NCBI GenBank assembly: GCA_951406725.2
Contig: OX597815.1
Coordinates: forward strand, 78,740,001 to 78,804,000
Source: Octopus vulgaris
Lineage: Eukaryota
DNA: 64,000 bases
Reading direction: 5' to 3'
Under the pieces are notes generated by a model. It saw only the letters and a program-made list of their open reading frames with translations. It had not been told where the DNA came from and did not search any database. The translations under genes and the position numbers were made by a program. This document shows, piece by piece, positions 12,579 to 27,010 of this stretch. Within the stretch, counting starts at the first letter, position 1. Each line of letters opens with the position of its first letter.

Positions 12579-13231
12579 TTACATTGAAAGTCAACAAAGT
12601 TTGCTTTAGAAGCGTTGAGATGTATTGAAAGATACAGATAAGGAAATAATTGTATTCCCCTGCAAAATATGGATAGTTTATCCTGTTCATGCTATATTAT
12701 TAGCATTATCCCGCGTTTGAGAAAACAATTATTTCATTAGTCATGATGTGCTATAGTAGTCTTGTTGTTCTAAGATCTGAATTCATTACCAGATTCAACT
12801 TTGCCTTTTGTCTCATTGGGTAATTTAAAATAAGTTCCAATTGTTATTTAACCCCAGTTCAGTTTTGATGAAGAAGGCCTATAATCAAAAGCATCAAACA
12901 AGAAACAGCCATTTTTTTTCAGACTCATTCAATACAGTATTATTCAATAAACAAATTTAAAGGAAATTTGGTTGCAGTTTCTAGCATGTCAAGTGACCAT
13001 ATAGACACTCCCTCACAAGCTTGATGGGAAGAAATAATACACTGAGGCAGATTCAATTAGTTTAGTTTTACTTTACAAAATTGTCTGAGTGTTTATTTTA
13101 AATCTTTTAGTTGGGAGGAAGGCATCCTCAAATTGGCAACCTGTCCTGAATGCCTGCAACTGAGTGGACTCTGTTGAAAGCACCCAAGGTATTTTAGCCT
13201 CCACTAGCACCAAAAATAAAAATTTACTTAC

Positions 13232-13309
13232 AACTCCATAGAAATTACTGTTGACCATAATTGGAGAACGTCCCCGAAGATAGACATATTCTTCCCACCA
13301 ATCAGAAAC
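13232..13309 (-). CDS. CPT1: CPT1 coding exon 6 ([26 protein letters not shown])
   Basis: 78 nt, AG/GT; highly conserved [19 protein letters not shown]. Confidence 0.96.
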
Positions 13310-13569
13310 CTGCAAGAAGAGAAGATTATATTTGAAAAATCATTTATTTTTACATTTGCTTCATCTGGTCAAGCAAAAGAACTGGCACAACTCACAATGT
13401 TTTCAGTATAATTTGGCAGTGAAAAAAAAAAGGAAAAGCTGTCAGTTTTTTTCACTCAGAAGCCTAACTACAATTAAAGTAAGACCTGAAGTGGAAGTAA
13501 TGGACATTACTGCTAGGATTGTGGCAAAAGAAAGCCAAAGATAAGTCTTCAGTGATAAGTTAGAGCTAA

Positions 13570-13932
13570 TCTCTCTATATATAAATGGCAAAATGTCTGC
13601 GTGCGTGTCCTTTATACAAATCCACAATTTTCAGTTAGAGGGCTCGCACTTTCTATGGTCATTCAAAACCGTCCAAGGGTGGTCATGAACATCTTTACAT
13701 TTCCACAGTCATCCCGCAAAGCCATTAAAAAATCAATAGAAGTGACTTTTTTGTGAATTTTCTATCCAAAACCCAATCAAAATGCCCGAAACTTGATACG
13801 CCAATTGAATGCCAGCTAGCTGTATGTGATTGATTGGAGATTTGGACAGTACTCGCATGTATGTGCGCACGCACGCAGCTGTATATGCATGCACTAGCAT
13901 TATGACCTGGCGTTGCCAGGTCATAGTGCTAG
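13570..13932 (+). mobile_element. Non-autonomous Helitron
   Basis: A|TC 5' end, 3' hairpin TATGACCTGGC-GTT-GCCAGGTCATA followed by CTAG|T. Confidence 0.7.
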
Positions 13933-14410
13933 TAATTATATAATCTAAACAAAAACGGGCTAAGAGCAATAATTCAAAGTGGCCATTGGCATGTATTTGA
14001 ACAACATAGACAAATACAGGTTTATTAAATACCATAAAACATAAATTCTTGATTTATTAAAATTACCTCTACCTCTGGAGGATGTATCATAATTTCCAAT
14101 TAGCAATTAAGATTAGATCCACATATTCCTTTGAATTATGGCTGCAACTTGCCTGATAGGTTTCAGATGGTTTCTGCCTATTCAGTTCCACTCACAAAGC
14201 CTTAGACAACACAAGCTTATGGTAGAATATATTTTCTGAGGAACCATGCAGTGGATCTGAACCTGGGATCTTATAATTGTGAAGCAGACATTTTGACCAT
14301 TTGATAATGTGTGTGCTCTGTGCCAAAATATATACATACAAGCCAAATAATGGCCTATTAAAATATTGTGTAAAACTGACCAAGATGTTTGTACGTGCTA
14401 TTATAATACA

Positions 14411-14779
14411 AACAAGAGCACTCAGAGAGTGCAAACTTCCACCATGAAACACCAACGTCCTCTCAACGATCAGCCAGAGATGCTTTTTAAAATGAAAATA
14501 TCTGAAATAAACTCAACTGCTCTCACAAATGAGAATACTAAAAATGAACCCGACTACTCTCAAAAACTAAGTAAAAAAAGTGGAAAAATAATCTAGAACC
14601 CTTGTCCAGTACTGGATCAATCCCAAAATCTAATCAGTTTGTGCAAGCCACAAGGCCAAACATCCCTGAAAGTTTCATCTGAATCCATGCAGCAGTTCTT
14701 GAGATATCTTATCCATGGTCAAACAAACAAACACAACTGAAAACAATACCTCCATCTTCGCTAAGGCAAAAGTAATAAA
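14411..14779 (-). mobile_element. Helentron-associated (HINE/DINE-like) non-autonomous element
   Basis: Terminal palindrome GCACTC-AGA-GAGTGC, decayed subterminal ACCTCC(G)CC inverted repeats, internal (CAAA)n; family assignment by resemblance only. Confidence 0.45.
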
Positions 14780-15008
14780 GGTGACTTACTTGAGAATGAT
14801 TTAACTGAATTTAACTGAATTTGAAATTGCTTTGTTTCAGTACTGGATTACAAGGGTGAGCTAAAAAGTTCATAGATTATGAAAGTGATGCTAGAGATCT
14901 GAAATCTTGCATGCAATAATTTCAATATAGTAATAATTGCATTCTTTCTTTCCAGGTAAACTACCATCTCAATGTTAAAAATAAAACAGAATAAAACAAA
15001 ATACATAC

Positions 15009-15146
15009 ATAATTTGAAGCCCACCATGACTTGAGGATCAGGTAACGCTGTAATTTCTTTGCTACACCATTTTTGAAGTCAAGTGCCAGTTTTTCCATTC
15101 GGTCATAGTTCTCCTCGTCCAATAATGGTTTTACAGAACAAAGATA
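15009..15146 (-). CDS. CPT1: CPT1 coding exon 5 ([46 protein letters not shown])
   Basis: 138 nt, AG/GT; LKSWWAxNY motif. Confidence 0.95.
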
Positions 15147-16436
15147 CTGTCAAAGAATACCAACTTATTATTAGATTTATAGTATATTACAATACTGAAA
15201 CTAACTTCTGTAACTTTTTCTAATAGTGGTACAAAGCCAACAATTTTGAAGGGAGTGGGGAAAGTTAATTATCAATCCCAGTGATCAACTGGTACTTATT
15301 TTATCGACATTGAAAAGATGACAGGCAAAGTTGATCTTGGCTGCATTTAGACTCAGAACACAAAGCTGGAAGAAATGCCACTATGCTGATGATTCTGCCA
15401 GCTTGCAGCCTCATAACTACAATAATGACAACGGAATCTTTTGACCAGTAATAAAGCTAAAGTTTTTAGAGGATTAAGCCTATCATCCAAGAAATAGAAA
15501 CTGTTCTTTTAAAAGGGGCTTCCACAAAGTTTTTATCCACCAAATTTCACTCACAAAGCTTTGGCTGACTCAAATATATGGTAGAAGACCAAGGTTCCAT
15601 GCAGTGAGATTGAACTTGAAAATATGCAGTTGCAAAATGAACCACACAACTATATCTAGGATAAATAGACATGAGTTGGGATTACTTTTAATTAGTACAA
15701 ATAATAATAATTTCTTTCATTGGCACATGTACATAAATTTATGAGTAAACACCATAGTTAAATGGAGCATTTTATTTTTTTGCTGGATTAGTCTGAGGGA
15801 AAAGAGCTGTGGTCATGTCCTTCACAGACCCACTGAGACCAATCCAATTAATGTTCTTGAACAACTGCAAGCTGATCGTTGGTGTCATGAAAAGGAGAAC
15901 TGTGGAGTGTTTAGTGCAGGAGCTGGAAACAATATGGATGATGAGGCATTTTTTCTATGGATGGATGCCCTTCTTGTTTCCAAGCAAGGTAATATTTCTC
16001 CTTGACTGGGTATACTTTCATAGAATACTGGAAACAATTAACACTACTTGCATGACAGTGACAAAATTATCACACAATGTCAAGACAAGGACACACACAC
16101 ACACATACACATGACAGAATTTTCAGCTTCTGTCAACTAAACCTGCTTACAAGGCTTTGGTTGGCCAAGAGCTACAGTAGAAGACACTTGTCCAAGGTGA
16201 TACACAGTAGGACTGAAACCAAAGGTTGGTGACAGGAAAATCATTTGGCTGTAGAAAATCTGCTTCCACAAATTCCACCTGACCAAGGCAAGCTTGGAAA
16301 AGTGAACACAAAATTATGATGACGATGATCATTACTCTCTTAATAGGTTATCACTGAAACAACAACAACAATAAAAAAAGACTATTGACAGGGCAGTGTG
16401 ATAAGTGTAGATGTGTTACTTGGAAGATATACTTAC

Positions 16437-16544
16437 ACGTGTCATAGTATCTTCAATAGATGGAACTGGTAATTTAGGCAAAGCACCTTGAAAACTTGTC
16501 AATAAAGGCTCTTGACCTATAAACCTAAAAGCTTTCACAAACAT
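16437..16544 (-). CDS. CPT1: CPT1 coding exon 4 (MFVKAFRFIGQEPLLTSFQGALPKLPVPSIEDTMTR)
   Basis: 108 nt, AG/GT; LPxLPVP signature of carnitine acyltransferases. Confidence 0.93.
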
Positions 16545-18188
16545 CTGAAATAGAAAGTAAATAAGGACAAATCATAAAAGTTTCCTTTAAACAATATGTA
16601 TCATTAAAATCAAAATATCACATGATCCAATATTATATAATAAAAACTACGTTGTGTCTTAGGATCACCTTGTTCCATGGTGTACAATGATTGAGATCAC
16701 AACATTTCCTCTCAATAGGATGCCAGCTCATTGCAGTGTTACTTATTTACAGCCAAGTGGAGTTGAGCAGCTTGAAATGAAGTGTTTTGCACAAGAACAC
16801 AATGCACTACTTGGTCCAGGAATTGAAACCATGATTTTGCAATTGTGAGTGCAACACCCTAATAACTGGGCCATGTGCCTTCAACCGAATATTAACAGTA
16901 TGAAAACAATCAGTATATAATTAGTATTAAAATATATTTTGCACCTTTCTAACTATTATAGTTTTCAACAAGTAATAACCATACTTCAGAATTTATTTTT
17001 ATCACTGGCTACAGCACTGCTTCTGTTATAGCAAACAACATACAGAAGGAATTATTTAATTAAGGATACAGATATGAATGAATAGCTAAGAAGTTTGCTT
17101 TGCAATTACATGCTTTGATCATAATGGATGCCAACTTTGGCAGGTGTCTTATGCCCATAACCTTAGATTGACCAATTTCTTGCAAGTAGAATTTAGTATA
17201 TGGAAAACATGTGAAGGTTTTGCATGTGCAAGTGAGTGCTTTTATGTTTTTGTGTGTGCATACTGATGTAAGTCAGTGTTAATTCCTAGTGGAATTTACA
17301 GTCCCCAAGGGACTGTAAGTTGGGTACTAGATTAAATTCTGGGATGATACAACCAATTAAAAACCTTCAACAGCAGTTCTTCAACATAGTCACAGTCTAA
17401 TAACTGAAACCAGCAAAAGAATATAAGAAAGTGTGTGAAAGTATTTCTATTGCATTTATGTGTATGTATGAGTTTGTGTGCGACTAATTTCATTTGACAA
17501 GTAACCTTTACTCAATACAGCTGCTCTGCATTCTTAATATTGAAACAAGTAGACCTACTGTAGAAAAAGTTTGATAAAGAAAAGGACAAAAACAACAATG
17601 ATTTTTTCCTTTGTAAATTTTTAAAAAAATGAACATCTTAACTTTTAGTAGTTTGTGAGATAGGTATGGCTGTGAGGCTAAGAAGTTCACTTTACAAGCA
17701 CATGGCTCCAGGTTTTATCTCCTGGTAAGACATTCAAATGAGCGTCATCAGCCATAGTCTTAGGCTGATCAATATCTTGTGAGTAGAATTTGGAAGATAG
17801 AAACTATGTGGAAGCCCATTATATGTGTGTGTGATTTTGTGCCTCTTTCACTGATGCATTCTTGCTCAGCAAAAAAGCAAAAATGTTTAAAAAAAATTGA
17901 TTCTTTTGATGAAATCACAGTCCACTCAGCTGGCAAATATGAGTCATACCTGTAATTCACACTGAGTCACACTGAATTTCCCTGAGAACTACATTAAGAA
18001 TATGCATGCCTGTAGAGTGCTCAGCCACTTGCATGTTAATTGCAAAAGCAGGCTGTTTAGTTGATCAAATCAGCTGGGACACTCGTCATAAGTGATAGAG
18101 AGCTAGGCCATCTTTAAGTAGGAGTTAAAGATTGCCATTTGGTATTAATACAGCTTCTGTTGCTTATATTCATTTTTTTTTTCATATA

Positions 18189-18799
18189 TGAGGGGGTACG
18201 CAGAAGTAACTGGAAACAAGCCTGTAGTAGTTCAGGCTTCTGCCGCAAGAAGCCACTTAATGTGACCCTCAGGCATCAGTCTGCCAGTTGGCAGCATTGA
18301 GTGAAATCATAATTCTACATAGTGTGTCTTCGTTTGACAGGGCTTCTCCTCTGTTCACTGATTTTTGTGATACCCAAAAATGCCCTGAACTATGGCAAAG
18401 TGGAGAGTGGTGGTTTCATCATGACAATGCACCTGCACACACTGCCTTGAGTGTGAGGCAGTCTTTGACCAAAAATGGCACGATCCCCCCCCCCGCACTT
18501 ACCCACCTTTCCTATTCACCCTATCTTGCTTCCTACAATTTCTTTTTGTTCCCCTGAATGAAAAAGTCCTTAAAGGAAAACATTTTGCAGATGTGGAAGA
18601 GGTGAAGAAAAATAAATGACGGAGGTGTTAAAAGGCATCACTTCGCAAGAGTTCCAGGACTGCTTCAAATGCATCTGGACAAATGCATGGCAATGCATTC
18701 AAATGGAGAATACTTTGAAGGAGATAAACGTGTAAACATGTAAAACTAAGTGAATAAAATAATATTGCAAAATTCCGGTCTCTTTTGGGTACCCCATCG
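18189..18799 (+). mobile_element. Degenerate mariner element
   Basis: TA-flanked imperfect TIRs; decayed ORF with HHDNAPAH and YSPYLASYNFFLFP (YSPDLAP-like) motifs. Confidence 0.85.
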
Positions 18800-19396
18800 T
18801 ATATATGAGATTTTAGAGACTTCATTAGTGAGTGGGTCAAATTTGAAAGCGGAGGAAATTTAACCTGCAGGTAATGGGTTTGACTACCCTTGCTCTACAT
18901 TTTTACCTGACCTGCTGAAATAGCAGTCAAACGTCCCTCAATTATACCTATTTTGAAAAGGAATACATTGGATAATTTAGTTCTAGACGCACAATACCCA
19001 ATGCATCACTACATTTCTAATGGTAACAGTGACAAAAGACTATCTGTAACTTGGTGTAGAATAAATTAAATACTGTAGAGGACTTGATTTGAAGATGATC
19101 ACTTCTTCAGTTTACTAATCAACGTTGACAATGTTTACCAATTATATATTGGTGATTTACATGCACATATATGACATGCTTCCACACAGTTTCTGTCTAC
19201 CAATTTCTTTTTGCAAGGTATTGGTCAACCTGAGGCTATCATGGGAAACACTTCCCGAAGGTGCCACACATTGAGATTGAAACTGGAACCATGAAATTGC
19301 AATAAACATACAGTCATGTTTGCAAATTTACCTTCCACTCTGTGGTACCTAACAGAAACGGAAGATAGACAAATATATATGAAAATATATACTTAC

Positions 19397-19568
19397 CAGC
19401 CAAATTTTGGTTCTTAAAGACACTGGACCCCTGACTTCATAAATCCACCTTTGATATGTGAACAAAACCCTCAGCATCATGCGGATGGTAAAAGTAAAAG
19501 CTCCACAGACAACAACACCGTAAAACACATTGCCAAATATATTAACCGTGTTGTCGTATATGTCCACC
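19397..19568 (-). CDS. CPT1: CPT1 coding exon 3 (VDIYDNTVNIFGNVFYGVVVCGAFTFTIRMMLRVLFTYQRWIYEVRGPVSLRTKIWL; TM2)
   Basis: 172 nt, AG/GT, phase-consistent; overlaps ORF 19349..19567; ...YxxWxxE...TKIW motif. Confidence 0.92.
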
Positions 19569-20969
19569 CTAAAAATATAAAAAAAAACATCAACACACCA
19601 TTACAATATTAACAATTATAAAAATATTTGTGACAAAATATTTCCTAATTAGACTCTAGAACAACCTGGCAGACTGAGATATTGAAATCTAAATAGCAAG
19701 TGCTAGGTGAGTATTGAAACACCTTACCCACATGTTACACACCTACCAAACATATATATACATGCAGACTGTCACATCTTATTGATGTCTGCAAACACTA
19801 AATCCAAGAAGTCAAATTGATTACCTTGAAAAAAAAACTAGATGTGATTATTTTTATTTTCTATTACTAATGCAACATCTCTCAACTAGTAAACTGTATA
19901 CACCTCTGCTCAAATACACCTAATGGAACCACTTCTCCAAACATTACCCTTGCCTGGTCTCATTTTTCAAACTCTTTGCTAAACACTTTACTCAAGTCTC
20001 CCAACATAGAACTACAACCCTTCGGAATTTTTTCCCTACCTCTATTTTTTACATCAGCAGGTTATAATAAAAAGTTAGGATTCCTACAGACTTCCTTCTG
20101 TATATCAATGGTTTGTTTCTTATTGTTATTGCCCACATTTTTCTATGCAGATGATGCCACCCTTCAATTCTTAACTTTCTGCCTACAAGCATTATCAACT
20201 GACAACCATGACACCTCAACCAGCCTTACACTACTTCCATGAACAAATACCTGAGAAATTTCCTCCAATCGGGGTGGTTGGCATCAGGAAGGTCATCCAG
20301 CTGTAGAAACCTTGCCAAATCAGAATGGAGCCTGATGCAGCCTCCTGGTTTGCCAGACCTGTCAAACTGTCCAACCTATGCCAGCACGAAAAGCAGACAT
20401 CAAACAATGATGATGAGGATATAGTAACCAAGTGTACTTCATCAATACAGACACTCAGTTACTGCATATGGGTATTTCATTCATTCTAGTCATGAACATC
20501 ATCATCATCATCGTTTAACGTCCGCCTTCCATGCTGGCATGGGTTGGACGGTTCGACTGAGGACTGGTGAGCCAGATGGCTACACCAGGCTCCAATCTGA
20601 TCTGGCAGAGTTTCTACAGCTGGATGCCTTCCTAATGCCAACCACTCCGAGAGTGCAGTCAATTAAAATAGCCAATTAAAAACCTTTAAAGTCATCAGAG
20701 ATACCAAACCGTTGGACAAAGTTAAGACAGTTATGGAAAGAGTTTCCATAACAACTAAAGAAACTATGAGTAGATAAATAGCTTGTGGGGAACATACGAG
20801 TTAAGCAAAGGGGTGCAGTAAACAAAGTGAGAATTAGCAGTGAGTTTGGCAATAAATTTAGCATGCAGGCAGAGATCCATTGGGATTCAGTCTTCAGTCA
20901 CCAGCTGTTTATTATAGACCTCCAGACTATTATAGAAGTGTTTAAGTAACTGATTAAGAAGTGAATTAA

Positions 20970-21760
20970 CTTAGATGAAATGAAGTTCGTTTTTTTTTGT
21001 CAGGAAAGTTACTACTGATGTCATTTTCCAAGACAACTGGGAGAGAAGTACTTAGTTTGGAGTAAGCCCTTGTATCTAGAAAGTCTTTGATGTTCTGTAA
21101 CCAGGTGGTTAATAAAGAAACTAAGAGTAGGCAAAGGTTTTGTGAGGGCCATTCAAGCCAGGTACAGAGGTGCAATAAGAGGTAAGAGTTAGAAATGAGC
21201 CTTGCAATAACTATAGTGTGCAGGTATGGGTCCTATCGATGTTCAGTCCTCAGTTCCTGTCTATTTGTTACAGTCCTTCAGGCCATATCAGAGGAGTTTA
21301 AGACCAGCTACCTGAAAAAAATCTTGAATGCTGATGATCTTCATCATATAGCCAAATCTGTAGAGGATATGGAAAAGAAATTTGAAACCTGGAAGTAAAA
21401 CCTAGAACTGAGAGTTCTCAAGTTTTAGTAAGTAGGAAACATGACAGAATCCTGCAATCATCAGGGAGATGGTTGTGCTAGATATGCAGGTAAGGAATAA
21501 GTAGAAATTCTATATGGTGTATCCAGTGTAAAGTATGGATGCACAAGGTGTAGTCAGTTCATGTCACAAATGCACAAGAGTATTTACAAATAAGAATACA
21601 TGAGAAAAAATGCCTCAAATGCTCAAGAGGAATAGTTTATAGCCAAGATAATTAGCAGTGGAGATGGGTGTACTAAAAAGCATAGTAACCAGAGTAATAA
21701 CAGAGTGAAGAAATTTCAGGGAGCTATCACCTTTGCTGGCAACAAATGGTTTCTCTCTCC
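20970..21760 (+). mobile_element. Decayed RTE-clade LINE reverse-transcriptase fragment
   Basis: SVLS..LFVTVLQAISEEFKT...NADDL (RT motifs B/C) in ORF 21195..21398; boundaries approximate. Confidence 0.65.
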
Positions 21761-22188
21761 AGGTATAGGCATGGCTGTGTGGTTAAGCATGCTTTCAAAC
21801 CATGTGGTTTCAGGTTTAGTCCACTAGAGCAAGTGTCTTTTACCAGAACTCCAGATTGACAAAGTTTGTAAATGGGTTTGATAGATTAGAAACTGAAAGA
21901 GTCCCATCATGTGTGTGTTTCCTAATCTTAACCATCATACAACCAGTGTCTTTCATATTCAAACTACAAAAATATTAATGTGCTTGGAAATAGGCGAGGG
22001 TTGGTGACAGCAAGAGCATCCAGATGTATAATCAAGACTGACTTGGGCCTGACAACAATAACACAAATTGACACACACCTGTATATTTATGATGCATTCA
22101 TAATTAACAAATCAGTAATTTAAGGAGATGAAATTCAGGATTAATTTCAAAGACAACAAAGAGGAAAAGATAAAACAAAATTACTTAC

Positions 22189-22325
22189 TTTGGGATGGTG
22201 TCTACTATATTATCTAAATATGTGATTCTTGGAGCAAAGTTCTTCGCTTTCATAGAAGCTATTAGTGTAACAATAAACCCAAGTCCCATAGGTGTGACAG
22301 GGTAGATACCTGTACGGAATGTATT
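22189..22325 (-). CDS. CPT1: CPT1 coding exon 2 (NTFRTGIYPVTPMGLGFIVTLIASMKAKNFAPRITYLDNIVDTIP; TM1 region)
   Basis: AG/GT boundaries, 137 nt, phase consistent with neighbours; G[IV]YP motif followed by a hydrophobic segment. Confidence 0.88.
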
Positions 22326-25300
22326 CTGAAATGATAAAGTAAAGCATTATTATTTTCATATGTTACAAAGAGAAAATAGATGGAAGAGTAATTCTTATCA
22401 GAGAACCTCTAGAGTTTCAAGTTCAAATTCTGAATGTGTCCACTGTCATTATTTTCCATCATTGTTTTAATATCCATTTTTCCATGCTTGGATGGGTCAG
22501 ACAAAATTCACTGGGACACATTTTCTGTGGCTGGAAGCTCTCCCTCTCACCAACCCTCAACTGTTTCCAAATAAGGTAATATTCTCTAGACATGTTTACA
22601 TAAAATATTCAAAACACACCACTTGTATGAAGGTGATGTTCATTTACAACTATCACATTTTCAATACAAGAAACACACACACACACACAGCAAGCTTCTT
22701 TCAGCTTCCCTCCACCAAATCCACTCACAAAGCTTTGGTTGATTTGAGGCTGGAGCAGAAAACACTTGCCAAGGTGCCTTGCACAGAGGCTGAATCTGAA
22801 ACCACAGGGCTTGGAAAGAAACATCTTAACCACGCAATGCACTTACAATGAGAAACTTTGATCATAATTATCAGTAGAATAAGATGATCTGGAAATGACA
22901 TCTTCTGTGACCACTATTCTTGGTGAAGTTGTGGTGGTAGAGCCTTCACAGACACCTCTTCCATAGGGTCCTATTACAAGCAACTGTCATTACACTTTCC
23001 AGATGAAATTCCAAGCATAACCAACTGCAACTATAGATATTATTCAACAATTCCATTCATGATCTACCTCTTAGTTTCCTGCTATTTGGCTTGTCTTGAA
23101 TACATCTTGCAATTCTTTCCTGCAATATTCTGATCACATGTCAGTGTATTAGAGCTGTCACCACTCAATGTGGAGAAGGTTGTTTAAATGATGCAGTTCG
23201 ATAAATTAGACACTGGAATAATCATTATTGAAACTATCACAATCTTAGAAAAAGCAAACAGTGCTCTACTATGATGTGCATTTGTGCCTTGTAAAAAAAA
23301 TAATATAATAATGAGACTGTTGTATAGTGTTCAAATGCACTATAACATAACTGCTCAGAGCTGAATGAAGCATTTTCTGTCTAAGAAGCCTATTCATTAA
23401 AATGAAGTTTGGGTTCTATTTTTGATATGGAACAAATAGAGACAACATAAGATAGGTAGACTCTTTAGTCTTACTGAGGACAACTTCTCTGGTGCTGGTA
23501 GTACAATAAAATGTACCCAGTCCATGCAATAAAGTGGTTGAGTATAAGAAGGACATCATTCTGTGAAAACATGCTAAAATCACGACATATACAACAATTG
23601 AGTTGGTTGGTTTTTCTCTGTTGATGTATGCCAGGTGATGAAAGACTATGACAGATTGTAAAACCATTTAACCTGTGCCAGCATGAAAAAGTAGGTATAA
23701 AATGCTGATGATTTATAGTTGTCAGGACAAACTGATGAAGATAATACCCATTATCAGCATCTGTAGGAGAGCATCTACAGGAAAAAAAATATGAGTGAGG
23801 AGAGAACCAGAGTCCAAGTTTGAATGCTTATAACAGAGAGAACTCAAGGACCAGGTGGTGGTGGTGATAGTGGTTGATATTTAACCAGGTAGAGTGTTAG
23901 ACCGACCAATCCAATTAGATTGAGCAGTATTAGACCTTCCACTCTTTCTAAAGAATGAAACAAGAGAGAGAGAGAGAAAGACAGACAGACAGAGAAGGAG
24001 AAAGAGAGAGTGAGAGAGATATGAGCTAATAAGGAGAGATGAAAGACAATGTCAACCCAGAAGAATTTGAATACAGATTTGAAGCAACCTAAATATCACA
24101 AGAGTTCCACTATTCCTGTCATTCTACTGTTCTGAATTACACCATAGTATTGATAATAATGTGGGGCAGGAGTCAAGGAAGAAGTCATTCAATCGAACCC
24201 AGTACATTTTTGTTTGAAAACATCTAACAACAAAGGTTGTTCCTGGGTGAGATGTAGAAACTTGAGAGTTTAAAGGGCTGAAAAAATATTGGAAAACAGT
24301 GAAGTTCACACTTCACCTCAGAGTATTACAAATGTTAATGAAAGAATATTGTTCAAACAAGAGTCGACTTTGTTGGCCATAAACTTACCCCTACAATATC
24401 TATCACAAACAACAACATTGATAATAAACATTTTTATCTTAATACTTGACCTATTTTTGTAAGGAATAGGATGCATATATGTAGACTTTATGATTAAAAG
24501 ATTACTTACATAATAGAAATTTGGCAAACAATAGAAACCAAATAATTTACCAATTAGGTTAGACAAATATCATATTTTTATTGATATTCATTGCAACTAG
24601 AGAAAAATAATTGCTGAAATTGAACAGCAAGAACCCACAAATTCCTAAATATATCCAAACCTTTCATAGAAATATTTCTTATAAAATACATATAGACATG
24701 TATAAGTGTGACAATTAATATTGAAAATAAACGAGAATTTGGAAAGGTTTACTGAAATGAATTTTTCATTATTAAGCTGGTGTTATGAACTTAACTTAGC
24801 GAAAAGGGTTTTACATAAGATGATAAACTGTTTAAAATAAGAGAGTTTTATATCAGAACCAGAGCAGTCCCCATATAGGTTGATATTGAAAGAGCTAACA
24901 CATCTCACAAATTAGAAGAATTTATAGGACCAGCACTCAACTTTGATTTCTGTAGCATTAATCATGAGACCACCACTAATCCTATTTCAAAATAAACTGG
25001 AGATCACCCTTAAAGCCATGTTACCACCCTACCTGAGATGTTACCCATTTATCTGAACCCACCCTTTGTCCTATTTTATCAAGCCACTTAAGGCAACTCC
25101 TAGCCCTATGTAAACCAACTCACTTTGGACAACCCCTAAACCCCTAATTACATGTCACCAACTCATTTAAAATCAGTTATATTAACATATTCATATTCAA
25201 ACGGGATCTTCAATTACAATCTCATTAAACAAATGGTGTGAGATGTCAGCAAGCAAATATTTATCAACAAATTGAAATGCCTTCTGAAAAAAAAATTTAT

Positions 25301-25399
25301 CCAACAAATAAAAACATCACAGTTAATTTACCAAACCTTTCTGAATTCTTGATTATTTTGAAAAACTTTGAAACTTAACTGGAAATATGGTTATGAAAT

Positions 25400-27010
25400 G
25401 ATTAAGTGAATAAGATTAAAAAACTTCTGGGTAGGAGACTAACTTACTAAAGATAAATTTTCCAGAAAATGCTAGGTAGCTATTACTCAAAGCTAGATGA
25501 AATGTTAAGTGTTAAGTTAGATGAGTGGTTCAAACACACTTGATAGCTAATAAGTTAAAATAGCTATTAGGGGTTTGAAGGCAAGGGAAGAAGCCAGATC
25601 ATCAGTGATAGATCATTCACAATGTCAACCAGGTATTACTAAGAGTCAATCCCAATAACTGGCATAATAGTGTCACCATTAACTGCTATAAAAGTAAAAG
25701 AGATGCTCCAGAAAGAAACTATAGAGGCACCAAACTAACTGGACCAAGTCATGAAACTAATGGAAAGACATAGTGCAGAACTAATTAGGAAGAAAATTAG
25801 CCTTGATGAGATGCAGTTCAGGTTTGTGCCAAGAAAGAGTAGTACACATATCTTCCAAGACAGACAACTATAAGAAAAGTTCTTAGCAAACAATAAGCCA
25901 CAATAACTAGCATGCATTGAGAAGAGATCTTTGACAGAGCAGCACACTGTAGTTTTGTGGTTAATTATTGTGACCGAATAGGCTTATGAGAGACATGCAA
26001 GCCATGGATAGAAATACTGTCAGTAACATGACATTGGGACCAGCAAGGAATTTAGCCTAGATGTATGTATCTATCAAGATTTAGTTTTTAGCCCTCTTGA
26101 GTTTATTATAGTATTCCATGTTTTAACAGAATTGTTCAAGACTGGCTGGTTGTGGGAAATTCTGTATTCAAATGAACTAGTCCCATAGCTGAACTGTCAA
26201 AGAATTGGAGAAGAAATTCTTGATATGAAAACAAAATCTAAAATCAAGAGATCTTAAAGTAAACCTAGTAAGACAAAAGTTTTAGAAGAGGAGACAAGAC
26301 TACATGGTAATCTGGGAAATGGTCATTCTTACTTGAGTTCAAAAAGGACTTGGTAGAAATGTAGTACAGACTACCAATGTTAACTATGGGTAACAAGATG
26401 CAGTGCAGTTGCAAGCAGGCCAACAGAAAAGAAGGACTTTGTATGTAGCAGATGCACAGGAATAGTTAGTAATAACAGCATCCATGAAATAAATTTTTTC
26501 AACTGTTTGGAGGGGTCCCCAGAACTAGTTGATAGATTCTGTTGCCTAGGTAATCAAATTAGCAGCAAAGGAGAATGTTATGAAAACATAGAAATCAGAG
26601 TAAGAATGTGATAGAAAAATTTCAAGGAACTATTATTGTTTATTGATACTAAAGGGATTATTTCAGATTGAAATACTGAATTACATGATGTCAAGGTAAG
26701 AAATGCAAAAACTTAACAGAAATTAAGGCCAGTCAGCTCTTCTGGATGTGTAAATGGGCATGAACAATGGAGAATAAATTATGCAATACTGAAATGAGCT
26801 GAAAGAAAAACTGGGTACGAGAGCTATCACGATTTAGTATGCAAAAATGAATACTAAGCTGCGACAGATATATGATGTATATGCTGGATGATAGTTGGGT
26901 ACGGAAGTGCCAAGTAATCCAAGTGGAAGACACCTGTGAGAAAGGGAGATCGAGAAAGACATGGAGTACAATAGTGAAAGCTTATCTCAAGATACTGAAA
27001 CACATGAATG
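25400..27010 (+). mobile_element. Decayed RTE-clade LINE remnant
   Basis: Alignable by eye to the 21 kb copy; QFRFVPR, GRSRKTW C-terminal remnant; many stops; boundaries approximate. Confidence 0.6.

Noticed and set aside
23727-23770. CTGATGA-A-GATAAT-ACCC-ATTATC-AGC-ATCT-GTA hammerhead-like string
   Set aside because: GAAA absent and no stem I; at best a very old remnant.
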